In this document: piece by piece, positions 37,130 through 45,715 of the stretch | How positions within the stretch are numbered: the first letter of the stretch is position 1 | Layout: the number at the start of each line of letters is the position of its first letter | Assembly (NCBI GenBank): GCA_937126915.1 | Contig: CAKZLM010000083.1 | Span: 1,185-65,184 of the forward strand | Origin: an uncultured Alphaproteobacteria bacterium | Lineage (GTDB): Bacteria > Pseudomonadota > Alphaproteobacteria > Sphingomonadales > SMXR01 | Length of the DNA stretch: 64,000 bases | Direction: 5' to 3' | Notes under the pieces: model-generated | Database searches by the model: none | The model's input: only the letters and a program-made list of their open reading frames with translations | What the model was told of the DNA's origin: nothing | Program-made: the position numbers and the translations under genes

Positions 37130-39754
37130 ATGATCTATTCCAAAACATTTAAGCGGGTGTTGATGGCTAGTGCCGTTTCATTATCGCTGACAATGGCGGC
37201 ACTGCCGTCACATCAAGGTATGGCACAGGATGGTGCCTTGCCATCACCAGAAACCCATTTTGGCCACATTATGGGTGCTGACCGAAAATTGGTGCGCTGG
37301 GACAAATTGGTTGACTATTATCAAATGCTGGGCGAGGGCAGTGACCGCATGCAGGTGGTCAACATGGGTAAATCGACCCTGGGTAATCCTTTCTTAGCGC
37401 TGTATATCTCATCACCTGAGAACCTAGCCAAATTGGATGATTATAAGAAAATCAATGCTCTGTTGGCAGACCCACGCGGCGCCAGTGAGGCAGACATTGA
37501 AGCCGCCATCGGTAATGGTAAGGCGGTTGTGGTGCAATCTTTAGCCCTGCATTCTTCGGAAGTGGCATCCAGCCAGATGGGCCCAGAATTGGTTCATGAC
37601 ATGCTTACCAGAACAGATGATGAAATGACCAAAATTTTGGACGAAACCATTTCCATTATCATTCCGTCGTTAAACCCTGATGGTAATATCATCGTTACTG
37701 ATTGGTATAATGAAACCGTGGGAACGGAATATGAAGGGGTGGGGCAGCCAACGCTTTATCACCATTATATTGGTCATGATAATAACCGCGATGCTTATAT
37801 GCAGAACACCATCGAATCTTATTATGGGGCTGAGATTTTGTTCCGCGAGTGGGTGCCACAGGCCTATGTCGATCATCACCAAATGGGGGCCTATAGTGCG
37901 CGTTTTTATGTGCCGCCTTATTCAAACCCCATCCGCCCTGATGGTGACCCTTTAGTGTGGCGCGAAATGAGCTGGTATGGCGCTCATATTGCTTATAAGG
38001 AAGAGCAAGCGGGTAAGTCGGGTGTGATTAATGCCGCGATGTATTCTGGCTGGGGTCATTTTGGTTTCCATTGGATTACACCGTTTCATAATATTGCCGG
38101 TATGTTGACAGAAAGCGCCAGTGCGCGCCTTGCCACACCGCTTTATGTACACCCTGACCAATTAAAGGGTGGGCGTCGTGAAATGCCACGTTATGAAGAA
38201 CAAACCACCCACCCCAATCCATGGGAAGGCGGCTGGTGGCGCGTACGCGACATTGTTGAACAGCAAAAAATTTCGGCCATCGCCTTGTTGGATTTAGCCG
38301 CCAAAAACCGCGAAATGGTGTTGCGTAATATGGTCAATAAAGCGCTTCGCCAAACCGAGCGCGGTGCTAATGCTGACACGGTGGCTTATATCATTCCAGA
38401 AGATCAGCATGATGATGGTGCCCGTGATCGCTTGGTTAATGTGTTGTTGGGTCAAGGCATTGAGGTTCATAAAGCCGATCAAGAATTTGTTCATGAAGGA
38501 AAAGTTTATGCGGCAGGATCTTATGTGGTTAGCCGTGCGCAACCAAAACAAGGCGTTGCCCGTTGGTTGCTAGGTCAAACGGATTATCCTGATAACACCT
38601 ATACCCGTCATCGTGATGGTCGTCCAGTTCGCCCGTATGACATGTCGACCGATAATATCGCTGAATATTTTGGTGTGCGGGTTGATGAAGTTGGCAGCGC
38701 TGTGGGGGCGCCTTTGGCCGTTGTTGACCAAGACACGGTGCGTTATATGGGGTCGGTTAATGGTCGTGGTGATCATTTCCACCTCAGTGGTAAGTTGAAC
38801 AACAGCTTTAAAGCTATTAACCAGCTTTGGAAAGTGGGTGCCACGGTGCACCGCGCGGATAAAGACGGTGATGGCATGATGGCTGGTGATTTTATTATCA
38901 GTGATGTTGATCGCACTGACCTTGAAAAAGCAGCGCAAGACGCGGGTGTTGATTTCAATGCGATGTTGGTAAACGAAGGGGACCTTCGCGAAATTAAGCC
39001 ACAGCGTATTGCTATGTATCAACGTTTTTACGGCGGTAACATGGATGAAGGCTGGACCCGCTTGTTGCTAGAAAATCATGGCTTTGATTATACCTCTTTG
39101 ATGAGTGAAGAAATCATTGCAGGTGATCTTCGTGATAAATATGATGTCATCATCTTGCCAAATGACAATGAAGGCATGTTAACTGGCGAGGTTGAAGGAA
39201 ATGGCTATCAACGCTTTACCCCTGAAATGTGGCCTGAAAAATATCGCAGTGGTTTTGGTGAAGAAGGCACAGAAAACCTTGAAGCTTTTGTGAAAGCTGG
39301 CGGCGTTCTGATGACGCTGGGGGATAGCAGCAAATATATCATTGAAAGCTTTGAGTTGCCGATTGAGAATGTTTTGGATGATGTTAGTTCAAAAGATTTC
39401 TGGTCGCCCGGATCAACTTTAAAAATGACCTTTGATAATGATGATCCCGCGGCCTATGGCATGCCAGAAGATGGTGTCGGCCTGTTCTTGGTCAGTAATT
39501 CAGCCTTTGAGGTTATGCCTTCTGATCGTAATCATCGCATCAAACGGGTTGCCACCTTTGTTGATAAAAACATCAAGCAAAGTGGTTGGCTTGTTGGTGA
39601 ACAACATATCGCCAATAAAGCAGCCATGGTTACCGCAGGTCATGGTGATGGTAAGGTTGTTCTTATTGGCTTTAGAGCACAACACCGCCACCAAACATTG
39701 GGCACCTTTAAATTGGTGTTTAACAATTTAGTGGCCCAGCCAAAGGGGCAGTAA
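37130..39754 (+). CDS. M14-family zinc carboxypeptidase-like protein, exported
   Basis: The ATG at 37130 is preceded by GGGGGGAG. It has a signal peptide, the zinc-ligand HxxE context LALHSSEVAS, and a large C-terminal extension. Confidence 0.8.
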   Translation: MIYSKTFKRVLMASAVSLSLTMAALPSHQGMAQDGALPSPETHFGHIMGADRKLVRWDKLVDYYQMLGEGSDRMQVVNMGKSTLGNPFLALYISSPENLAKLDDYKKINALLADPRGASEADIEAAIGNGKAVVVQSLALHSSEVASSQMGPELVHDMLTRTDDEMTKILDETISIIIPSLNPDGNIIVTDWYNETVGTEYEGVGQPTLYHHYIGHDNNRDAYMQNTIESYYGAEILFREWVPQAYVDHHQMGAYSARFYVPPYSNPIRPDGDPLVWREMSWYGAHIAYKEEQAGKSGVINAAMYSGWGHFGFHWITPFHNIAGMLTESASARLATPLYVHPDQLKGGRREMPRYEEQTTHPNPWEGGWWRVRDIVEQQKISAIALLDLAAKNREMVLRNMVNKALRQTERGANADTVAYIIPEDQHDDGARDRLVNVLLGQGIEVHKADQEFVHEGKVYAAGSYVVSRAQPKQGVARWLLGQTDYPDNTYTRHRDGRPVRPYDMSTDNIAEYFGVRVDEVGSAVGAPLAVVDQDTVRYMGSVNGRGDHFHLSGKLNNSFKAINQLWKVGATVHRADKDGDGMMAGDFIISDVDRTDLEKAAQDAGVDFNAMLVNEGDLREIKPQRIAMYQRFYGGNMDEGWTRLLLENHGFDYTSLMSEEIIAGDLRDKYDVIILPNDNEGMLTGEVEGNGYQRFTPEMWPEKYRSGFGEEGTENLEAFVKAGGVLMTLGDSSKYIIESFELPIENVLDDVSSKDFWSPGSTLKMTFDNDDPAAYGMPEDGVGLFLVSNSAFEVMPSDRNHRIKRVATFVDKNIKQSGWLVGEQHIANKAAMVTAGHGDGKVVLIGFRAQHRHQTLGTFKLVFNNLVAQPKGQ

Positions 39755-39772
39755 GGTTATCAATAATGCAAT

Positions 39773-39804
39773 AAAAAAGGGCAGGTTGGACCTGCCCTTT
39801 TTTT
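39773..39804. terminator. bidirectional intrinsic terminator
   Basis: GGGCAGGT (39779-39786) / ACCTGCCC (39790-39797), with A6 before and T7 after. Confidence 0.85.
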
Positions 39805-39877
39805 ATATATACGAACGACACGTAAACAATTATGACAAATTGTGTACCGAAAAAAACAATAGGGGGAGGGGGAGTGA

Positions 39878-40126
39878 TTAAGCGGCCCAATCCTCAAGGC
39901 TTGTGAAATCTTCCAGCTTTTCTAAATCATCGTTTTGGAAAATAGCATTGATGCCATAAGGACCATCGATTTGATCAAAAACAAATTTCCAGAACAAATG
40001 CTTGTCTTGGTCATTGTTTTCAAAAGCCTGACGGCTTAATTCTGCAGCTTGGTTTGCGGCTTCGATCAAACCGTGTTTGTCGATCAAAAAGCAGGCGCAA
40101 TCCCAAAATAAGTTTTCTGTATTCAT
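39878..40126 (-). CDS. small acidic Trp-rich hypothetical protein (82 aa)
   Basis: The most plausible start is the ATG at 40126 (MNTENLFWDCA..). I recognise no motif. The Shine-Dalgarno is weak, so it is called only on ORF length and protein-like composition. Confidence 0.4.
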   Translation of the reverse strand: MNTENLFWDCACFLIDKHGLIEAANQAAELSRQAFENNDQDKHLFWKFVFDQIDGPYGINAIFQNDDLEKLEDFTSLEDWAA

Positions 40127-40281
40127 TATTTTTATTGCCTTCTTAAGGAGTGAGAGACATTTAAAGTTGAGGTCATTGCTTGTTTTCGAGAGTAATAATC
40201 TCATAAAGAAGTTAAATTTTTCTTTATAAAACGATTTTTTTTGCCATGATGGTGTTTATAAGAAAAAAAGCGAGGCGGAAT

Positions 40282-41640
40282 ATGTTTCAACAGGCCATAG
40301 CGAGATTTAAGAAATTTTGGCATAAAGATGTGGTGCAAGACGAAGAGGCCATGTCGACTGGCAAGGAAGTTCTGGACACAAGCAAAGAGCCGCACAGCCG
40401 CGATCTTGATGCAGCCTTCAAAGCGGAAAGTCATGGTCGCTGTGAGAATTGTGAGGCCCCCTTATATAATGAATATTGTGGTGTGTGCGGCCAACGAGAT
40501 CTTGATTTAAAGCGCCCTGTTTGGTCGTTGTTGATGGAGTTGACGGACAACTATTTTGCCTGGGATGGCAAGATGATTAAAACCTTGGCCCCTTTAATGT
40601 TTATGCCGGGCTATCTTACCAAAAGCTTTTTCCAAGGCCAGCGGGTACGTTATTTGCCCCCTATAAGGCTCTATATTTTATCGTCTATCTTATTCTTTAT
40701 TACGGTTTTTTTAACCGATGTTGCGATTTTAAAAATTGAATTCGTCCCTAAAGAACGCCCTGTAGCAGAAAGACAGCAAGATCAAGAAAAGGCCATGGAT
40801 AACGGCAAGGCCGCCATTGAGCAAGCTTTACAGCAAAGAAACTTGCCAGACAGTGTTCGGCAAAGCTTAACCGATAAATTAGCTGAAATTGAGCGTCTCG
40901 AAGCTGAGCGCCTTGAGGCTCGTAATGCCGAAAATCAATCAGCATCAACCAGTGGTGAGTTGTCTGGACAGAGGGTGGTATCAGAAGATAGTGATTCTCG
41001 CGCTGTGCAAATGACCGTTCAAGCAGGCGATCGCGAACGGGTCATCACCATGGATGATACCGATTGGGATGTGGACATATCGATGTTCGCGCCAATGGAA
41101 GGCGATGGTGATCAATTTGTTCCTGTGGGCCTTTTTGACAATGTTATTGAAGAATTGGAGCAAGAAAAATCTGAGTTAGAAGATCCATCAAATGTGATTT
41201 TTGTTGATTTTGCCGAAGATGTCGTGCGCGGGGTTAATGCCGCCGCTGAACGCCCTGAACGCATGAATAATGCTTTAAACGACTGGATAACAACAGCGCT
41301 GCTTATTTTATTGCCGTTGTTCGGTTTTTTATTGCGCCTTTTTTATTGGGGTAAAGACAATGCCTTAATCAAGCAAATGATCTTTTCCCTTCATTTCCAT
41401 ACCTATGTTTTCTTGGTCTTAACGGCACTGGTGCTGGTTGAGCGCTTCTTTAAGGTAGGGCTTGATGAATGGATGTTCTATGCCGCTGTTCCCTTATATT
41501 TGTTTATCGCTTTAAAGGTCAGTTCTGGCAATGGCTGGTTGAAAACGATTTTTAAATTTTCGCTGGTTTCGTTTATATATTCTATCATCTTTGGCTTAAC
41601 CGTAACCTTGGCCGTGGTGATGAGCTTTTCTGAGCTTTAA
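40282..41640 (+). CDS. DUF3667-type membrane protein with an N-terminal zinc ribbon
   Basis: GAGG lies 8 nt before the ATG at 40282. It has CENCEAPLYNEYCGVCGQ followed by ..PGYLTKSFFQGQRVRYLPPIRLY, TM helices and a long acidic coiled insert. Confidence 0.7.
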   Translation: MFQQAIARFKKFWHKDVVQDEEAMSTGKEVLDTSKEPHSRDLDAAFKAESHGRCENCEAPLYNEYCGVCGQRDLDLKRPVWSLLMELTDNYFAWDGKMIKTLAPLMFMPGYLTKSFFQGQRVRYLPPIRLYILSSILFFITVFLTDVAILKIEFVPKERPVAERQQDQEKAMDNGKAAIEQALQQRNLPDSVRQSLTDKLAEIERLEAERLEARNAENQSASTSGELSGQRVVSEDSDSRAVQMTVQAGDRERVITMDDTDWDVDISMFAPMEGDGDQFVPVGLFDNVIEELEQEKSELEDPSNVIFVDFAEDVVRGVNAAAERPERMNNALNDWITTALLILLPLFGFLLRLFYWGKDNALIKQMIFSLHFHTYVFLVLTALVLVERFFKVGLDEWMFYAAVPLYLFIALKVSSGNGWLKTIFKFSLVSFIYSIIFGLTVTLAVVMSFSEL

Positions 41641-41646
41641 GTCGTT

Positions 41647-42024
41647 TCACTCAGGTTCAAAATGCAGCGATAAAGAATTGGTGCAATAGCGCAGACCCGT
41701 TGGTTGTGGCCCATCGGGAAAGACATGGCCTAAATGGCTGTCGCAATGTGCGCATACAATCTCGGTTCTAACCATGCCGTGGCTGGTATCGGTTATTTCT
41801 TTTATGGCATCAGGGGCGATTTGATCCCAAAAGCTGGGCCAGCCAGAACCACTGTCATATTTTGTGGATGAAGCAAACAAAGGCGCCTTACAGGCGGCGC
41901 ATTGGTATGTGCCTTTTTGTTTATTGTTCAATAACGCACCGCTAAAGGGGGGCTCAGTAGCCCCCTCTCGGCAAACGGCAAATTGTTGCGGTGATAATTT
42001 TTGTTTGTATGGGTCATCAGTCAT
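41647..42024 (-). CDS. msrB: peptide-methionine (R)-S-oxide reductase
   Basis: 125 aa, SelR domain with CAACKAPLF and [21 protein letters not shown]. Confidence 0.95.
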   Translation of the reverse strand: MTDDPYKQKLSPQQFAVCREGATEPPFSGALLNNKQKGTYQCAACKAPLFASSTKYDSGSGWPSFWDQIAPDAIKEITDTSHGMVRTEIVCAHCDSHLGHVFPDGPQPTGLRYCTNSLSLHFEPE

Positions 42025-42037
42025 TTGGTGATATAAC

Positions 42038-42790
42038 CTATTTTAGCCAAGATTCTCGTGGGTCAATGGTGCCATCAAGGGTCAACTGGCGAATGGTTTT
42101 TTCCAATAGCGGAACAATATCCTGATTTGACTTGTGAACATAATGATAAATTGGGAATGTCACGATTGGTGGCTCTAGGGGGCGAACGGCTCTATATTTT
42201 GCCGCCAAAGAGGGGTCCAAGTTGTTTTTGATGCGTGATGGGCACAAAGCAACATCGATATGCTTTGCCAACAGTAATTCAAAAAGTTGTCGACACGATT
42301 CGGCTTTAAGAACCTTGCGGTCTCCAATGGCATCAAGGGCCCATTGGGCATCACGTTTAATCCCCATTTTAGCACTATCCAATAGGCTGGGTTTATAGGT
42401 TTCAATATCAGGTCTCAAGGCATAGGCTTGGCCTGTATAGGTGAAGATTGGGGCGTCAACCTTAATCAGATTACTAAAGCCCTCCACAGAGCGTTCTAAT
42501 TTTCCAGCCTCACCATCAACCACACCATTATTGGCATTATTAAGGGAACGCAGGGTTGGTTGCGGCAGCAATTCTAAATTAAGGCCTGCGGTTTCATAGA
42601 TCAGTTTGACCCTTGGCAAGTAAGGATTGTTCTCTTTAATTTGGCTGCTGTAGCTAATTTGGTAGGTTTTTTCAAAAGAAACCGTGCTATTTTCCGCCAT
42701 AGCAAAAGGAGGCACAACCATAAAAACACCCAGCCAAAGCAGGGTGATGATAAGACATATATACAGGTAAACTTTAGGGGTTTTGTTCAT
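42038..42790 (-). CDS. orphan periplasmic solute-binding-like protein (family 3 SBP fold suspected)
   Basis: 250 aa with an N-terminal signal/anchor and a two-lobe SBP-like pattern. No permease or ATPase gene is adjacent. Confidence 0.55.
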   Translation of the reverse strand: MNKTPKVYLYICLIITLLWLGVFMVVPPFAMAENSTVSFEKTYQISYSSQIKENNPYLPRVKLIYETAGLNLELLPQPTLRSLNNANNGVVDGEAGKLERSVEGFSNLIKVDAPIFTYTGQAYALRPDIETYKPSLLDSAKMGIKRDAQWALDAIGDRKVLKAESCRQLFELLLAKHIDVALCPSRIKNNLDPSLAAKYRAVRPLEPPIVTFPIYHYVHKSNQDIVPLLEKTIRQLTLDGTIDPRESWLK

Positions 42791-42894
42791 TCTGTTTGTT
42801 GTTTCCGCTCATTTTAAGCTTTTTAGTATTTTTTATATTAATACTAGTCCTTGATTATGTAGACCGCATAGGCCTGAAAACAATGGTTTCACGG

Positions 42895-44220
42895 TTAATT
42901 TTCGCTAATTGTTTTAAGCATGGTGTCAATGGTGGCGAACTTTTCACGCGGTGCGGTGTATTTTGCAGCAGCCAGTTCAGCGGCATCAATCTTTTGCCAG
43001 TCTCTGAAGGATACATGAGAAATATGACGCTTTTGTAGTAGGTCGTCAATTTTTTGGCGGGCGTTATTTGCTTTTGGTTTAATCTCCTCTATCACCCTTG
43101 CAGCCACTTCTTGGGCATCAGGGCGATTGGTGCCAATGGTGCCAGATGGCCCCCGCCGTGCCCAGCCAGTGACATATAAATTGTCGCGTACATGGCCATC
43201 TGTGTTGCGAAAATGACCAGCATCGGTGTCAAAAGGCACACCTTCAATAGGAACGGTTCGATAGCCAATGCAAGGGATAATCAATTGACAAGGCACATCA
43301 AAAAAGTGGCCCGTTCCAAGAGTGCGCCCGTCCTCAACACGGGTGCGTTCCATGCGGATGCCTTCCACTCGCTCGTTTCCTATTACCGAAACAGGGGAGG
43401 CGTAAAATTCAATGTTCAGGGTCTGAATTTTTGCAGGGCGAGGGGTTGAGAACTCTTTTAAATGCCCCAATATTTTCTTCTTTACACCTTGCTCTTTCGG
43501 CAGCGTGTCGGCAGGTATGTCATCGGGCAATTGCTCAGGCTTGGTTATGGTAACGCATTGTTTCAGTTCACCTAATTCGCTAAGTTCTTTAGGGGTGAAC
43601 TTGGCCTCCATAGGGCCGCGCCGGCCAAACATCCAGATGGTTTCAATGGGTGTTGCATGAATTGTTTTGCCTGCGTAATGAGCTAAATCAGTCTCTGCCA
43701 TTTCCTCTGTTGTTTTTGCTAAAATGCGACACACATCCACCGCCACATTACCATTGCCAATGATCACAGCACTATCAATGTTCAGCTTTGGTTTTAATTC
43801 AGCATGATGGGGGTGGCTGTTATACCAGCCCACAAACTCTGCCGATCCAATAACGCCCTGCTTATCGGCGCCATCAATGTTAAGTTTGCGGCTAGCACTG
43901 GCGCCGATGGCTAAAATAACTGCGTCATATATGGTCATCAGTTCTTCAATTTGAACATCTTTGCCAATGCTAACGTTACCCAAAAATCGCACATTGTCTT
44001 GCATGGCGGTTTTTTCATAGCGTTTAGCAACATTCTTGATTGATTGATGATCAGGGGCCACACCGGCGCGGATCAGGCCAAAGGGGGTGGGTAATTGATC
44101 AATCACATCAACTTCAACTGGGCGTTCGTCACTTGATGCTTTTGAAAGTGCCTCTGCAGCATAATAGCCCGCAGGTCCTGACCCAATGACGGCAATGCTT
44201 AAGGTGTGGTTTTCTGACAT
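42895..44220 (-). CDS. NADPH:ferredoxin (adrenodoxin) reductase, FprA-like
   Basis: 441 aa with two dinucleotide folds, IAVIGSGPAGYYAAEAL and AVIIGNGNVAVDVCR, and a GWARRGPSGTIGTN motif. Confidence 0.85.
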   Translation of the reverse strand: MSENHTLSIAVIGSGPAGYYAAEALSKASSDERPVEVDVIDQLPTPFGLIRAGVAPDHQSIKNVAKRYEKTAMQDNVRFLGNVSIGKDVQIEELMTIYDAVILAIGASASRKLNIDGADKQGVIGSAEFVGWYNSHPHHAELKPKLNIDSAVIIGNGNVAVDVCRILAKTTEEMAETDLAHYAGKTIHATPIETIWMFGRRGPMEAKFTPKELSELGELKQCVTITKPEQLPDDIPADTLPKEQGVKKKILGHLKEFSTPRPAKIQTLNIEFYASPVSVIGNERVEGIRMERTRVEDGRTLGTGHFFDVPCQLIIPCIGYRTVPIEGVPFDTDAGHFRNTDGHVRDNLYVTGWARRGPSGTIGTNRPDAQEVAARVIEEIKPKANNARQKIDDLLQKRHISHVSFRDWQKIDAAELAAAKYTAPREKFATIDTMLKTISEN

Positions 44221-44340
44221 GATACAGCCCTCCCTTAAAATCAGTTTGCCATAAAACAGCTAAAAGATAAAACATTCCTTATCTGCCCTGTTGTGGTCAT
44301 AAAGGAGTTGTTATAGTATGGCGTGTATTGGGAGGTGTTT

Positions 44341-45714
44341 ATGCGTCTGTTTGCTGTCATTTTATGTGCGGTCTTATCCATGGGCTTTCAGGATCAGGAT
44401 CACCAAAAGCCAGAACAAGGGTCTGAAGTTAGTGGAAAATGTGATTCATCCATCATCGCGCGGTTACCCAAACGAGTGCTGCCAACTGAAAAGCTATGCC
44501 GATTGATTAATCAAAACTTACAGGAAAACCCAGATGGCAATGCCCCCGTTGCACCCGATTATGAAGGAACAATGTGGCGCACCAGCGAAGACTGGTTTTT
44601 CAATGTTTTTTTCCTCAACAATCAATTGTTTGAGGTTTTGTCCACTGAGGATCATAAAGTTTATGATGATGCTTTTATCAAAAGAAACTTGGTGTTGTTG
44701 GATCAAGACCCTGAAAAGAAGATGCGGTTACTCTATGTTAAATCGCCCGCTTTTGATTTTCGGGTTGCGTTGATAACTCCCCATAAAATGCCGATTACGG
44801 GCCGTCAAGGGATGATGTACCAAGAATGTATCATGAATTTGAAGGAAGAGGACATTGAGGAAGGATTGTACCTGAAAAGTGATCAGTATGTTAGGGAGTA
44901 TTACCAAAACCTTTTGATACAGGCAGGGGATGCTTTAAATACTGAGGAGGGTGTAAGGGAGTATTGTATTCCCTATTTGACGGAGGATGGCAATTATAGA
45001 ATTATAGCTACAATGCAAGCCTATTATCCTGTTTCAGAAGAACCTTTTGAGATGCCTGTTGCTGTTGAGGGTGAAGTCCATCCTTGTGGCCCAAGAATGA
45101 CCAAATTTTACCCAGAACATGCACCTATTCAGCCCCGGTTATGCGAATACCTGGCAACCCTTCCAGAGGAAGAAAGGAAAAACAACAGCCCCAAAAGCGA
45201 GTTATTGAAAAACACCATATGGCAGCCTAATGGTGATCGTTTTCAATATAGACATCTTTATTTGGTTGATAATGTTTTGGTGACATTCAATGATAAACCT
45301 ACCTCAGGTCATACTGGGCGTATGGATCATTTTCAACGGCTTGTCTTATTAGAAGAAGACGTCGAGAATGATATGGCCTTATTTCATGTGAGGGAACCAA
45401 AGGGAATTCGCCACTGGAATGAGGTAGTTTTGCTACTGAGACAAGAAACATATTTTGGTGATATGATTTTGTTATATTCTTATTGTCGCATTTATAATGA
45501 CGAAAGTGCGATCGATAATAGAGACCCAGATGAAAAAATAAGATCAGCTTACAAGGCTTATGTTGAAAGGTCGTGGATGGCGGTTAAAGAAGATAACCGC
45601 CATCCAACAGACTTTTGCATATTAAGTGAACCTGACTTGGCACGCAACAAATACGAATTTGGGGGTAGTAGGTTAAATTATAAGAAATTTCGATCTATCA
45701 ACCCCATGCAATAA
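44341..45714 (+). CDS. secreted protein of unknown family with an internal two-fold duplication
   Basis: GGGAGG lies 5 nt before the ATG at 44341. It has a signal peptide MRLFAVILCAVLSMGF. The two halves align (LCRLI../LCEYL.., TMWR../TIWQ.., NLVLLDQDPEKKMRLLYVKSP / RLVLLEEDVENDMALFHVREP, ..YQECI/..SYCRI, ..REYCI/..TDFCI). The gene is AT-rich. Confidence 0.6.
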   Translation: MRLFAVILCAVLSMGFQDQDHQKPEQGSEVSGKCDSSIIARLPKRVLPTEKLCRLINQNLQENPDGNAPVAPDYEGTMWRTSEDWFFNVFFLNNQLFEVLSTEDHKVYDDAFIKRNLVLLDQDPEKKMRLLYVKSPAFDFRVALITPHKMPITGRQGMMYQECIMNLKEEDIEEGLYLKSDQYVREYYQNLLIQAGDALNTEEGVREYCIPYLTEDGNYRIIATMQAYYPVSEEPFEMPVAVEGEVHPCGPRMTKFYPEHAPIQPRLCEYLATLPEEERKNNSPKSELLKNTIWQPNGDRFQYRHLYLVDNVLVTFNDKPTSGHTGRMDHFQRLVLLEEDVENDMALFHVREPKGIRHWNEVVLLLRQETYFGDMILLYSYCRIYNDESAIDNRDPDEKIRSAYKAYVERSWMAVKEDNRHPTDFCILSEPDLARNKYEFGGSRLNYKKFRSINPMQ

Positions 45715-45715
45715 A

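Noticed and set aside
38570-39022. A 150-aa minus-strand ORF and several 60-90-aa ORFs inside the M14 peptidase gene.
   Set aside because: They are antisense or out of frame within a continuous 874-aa ORF with peptidase motifs. They have no RBS and no recognisable domain.
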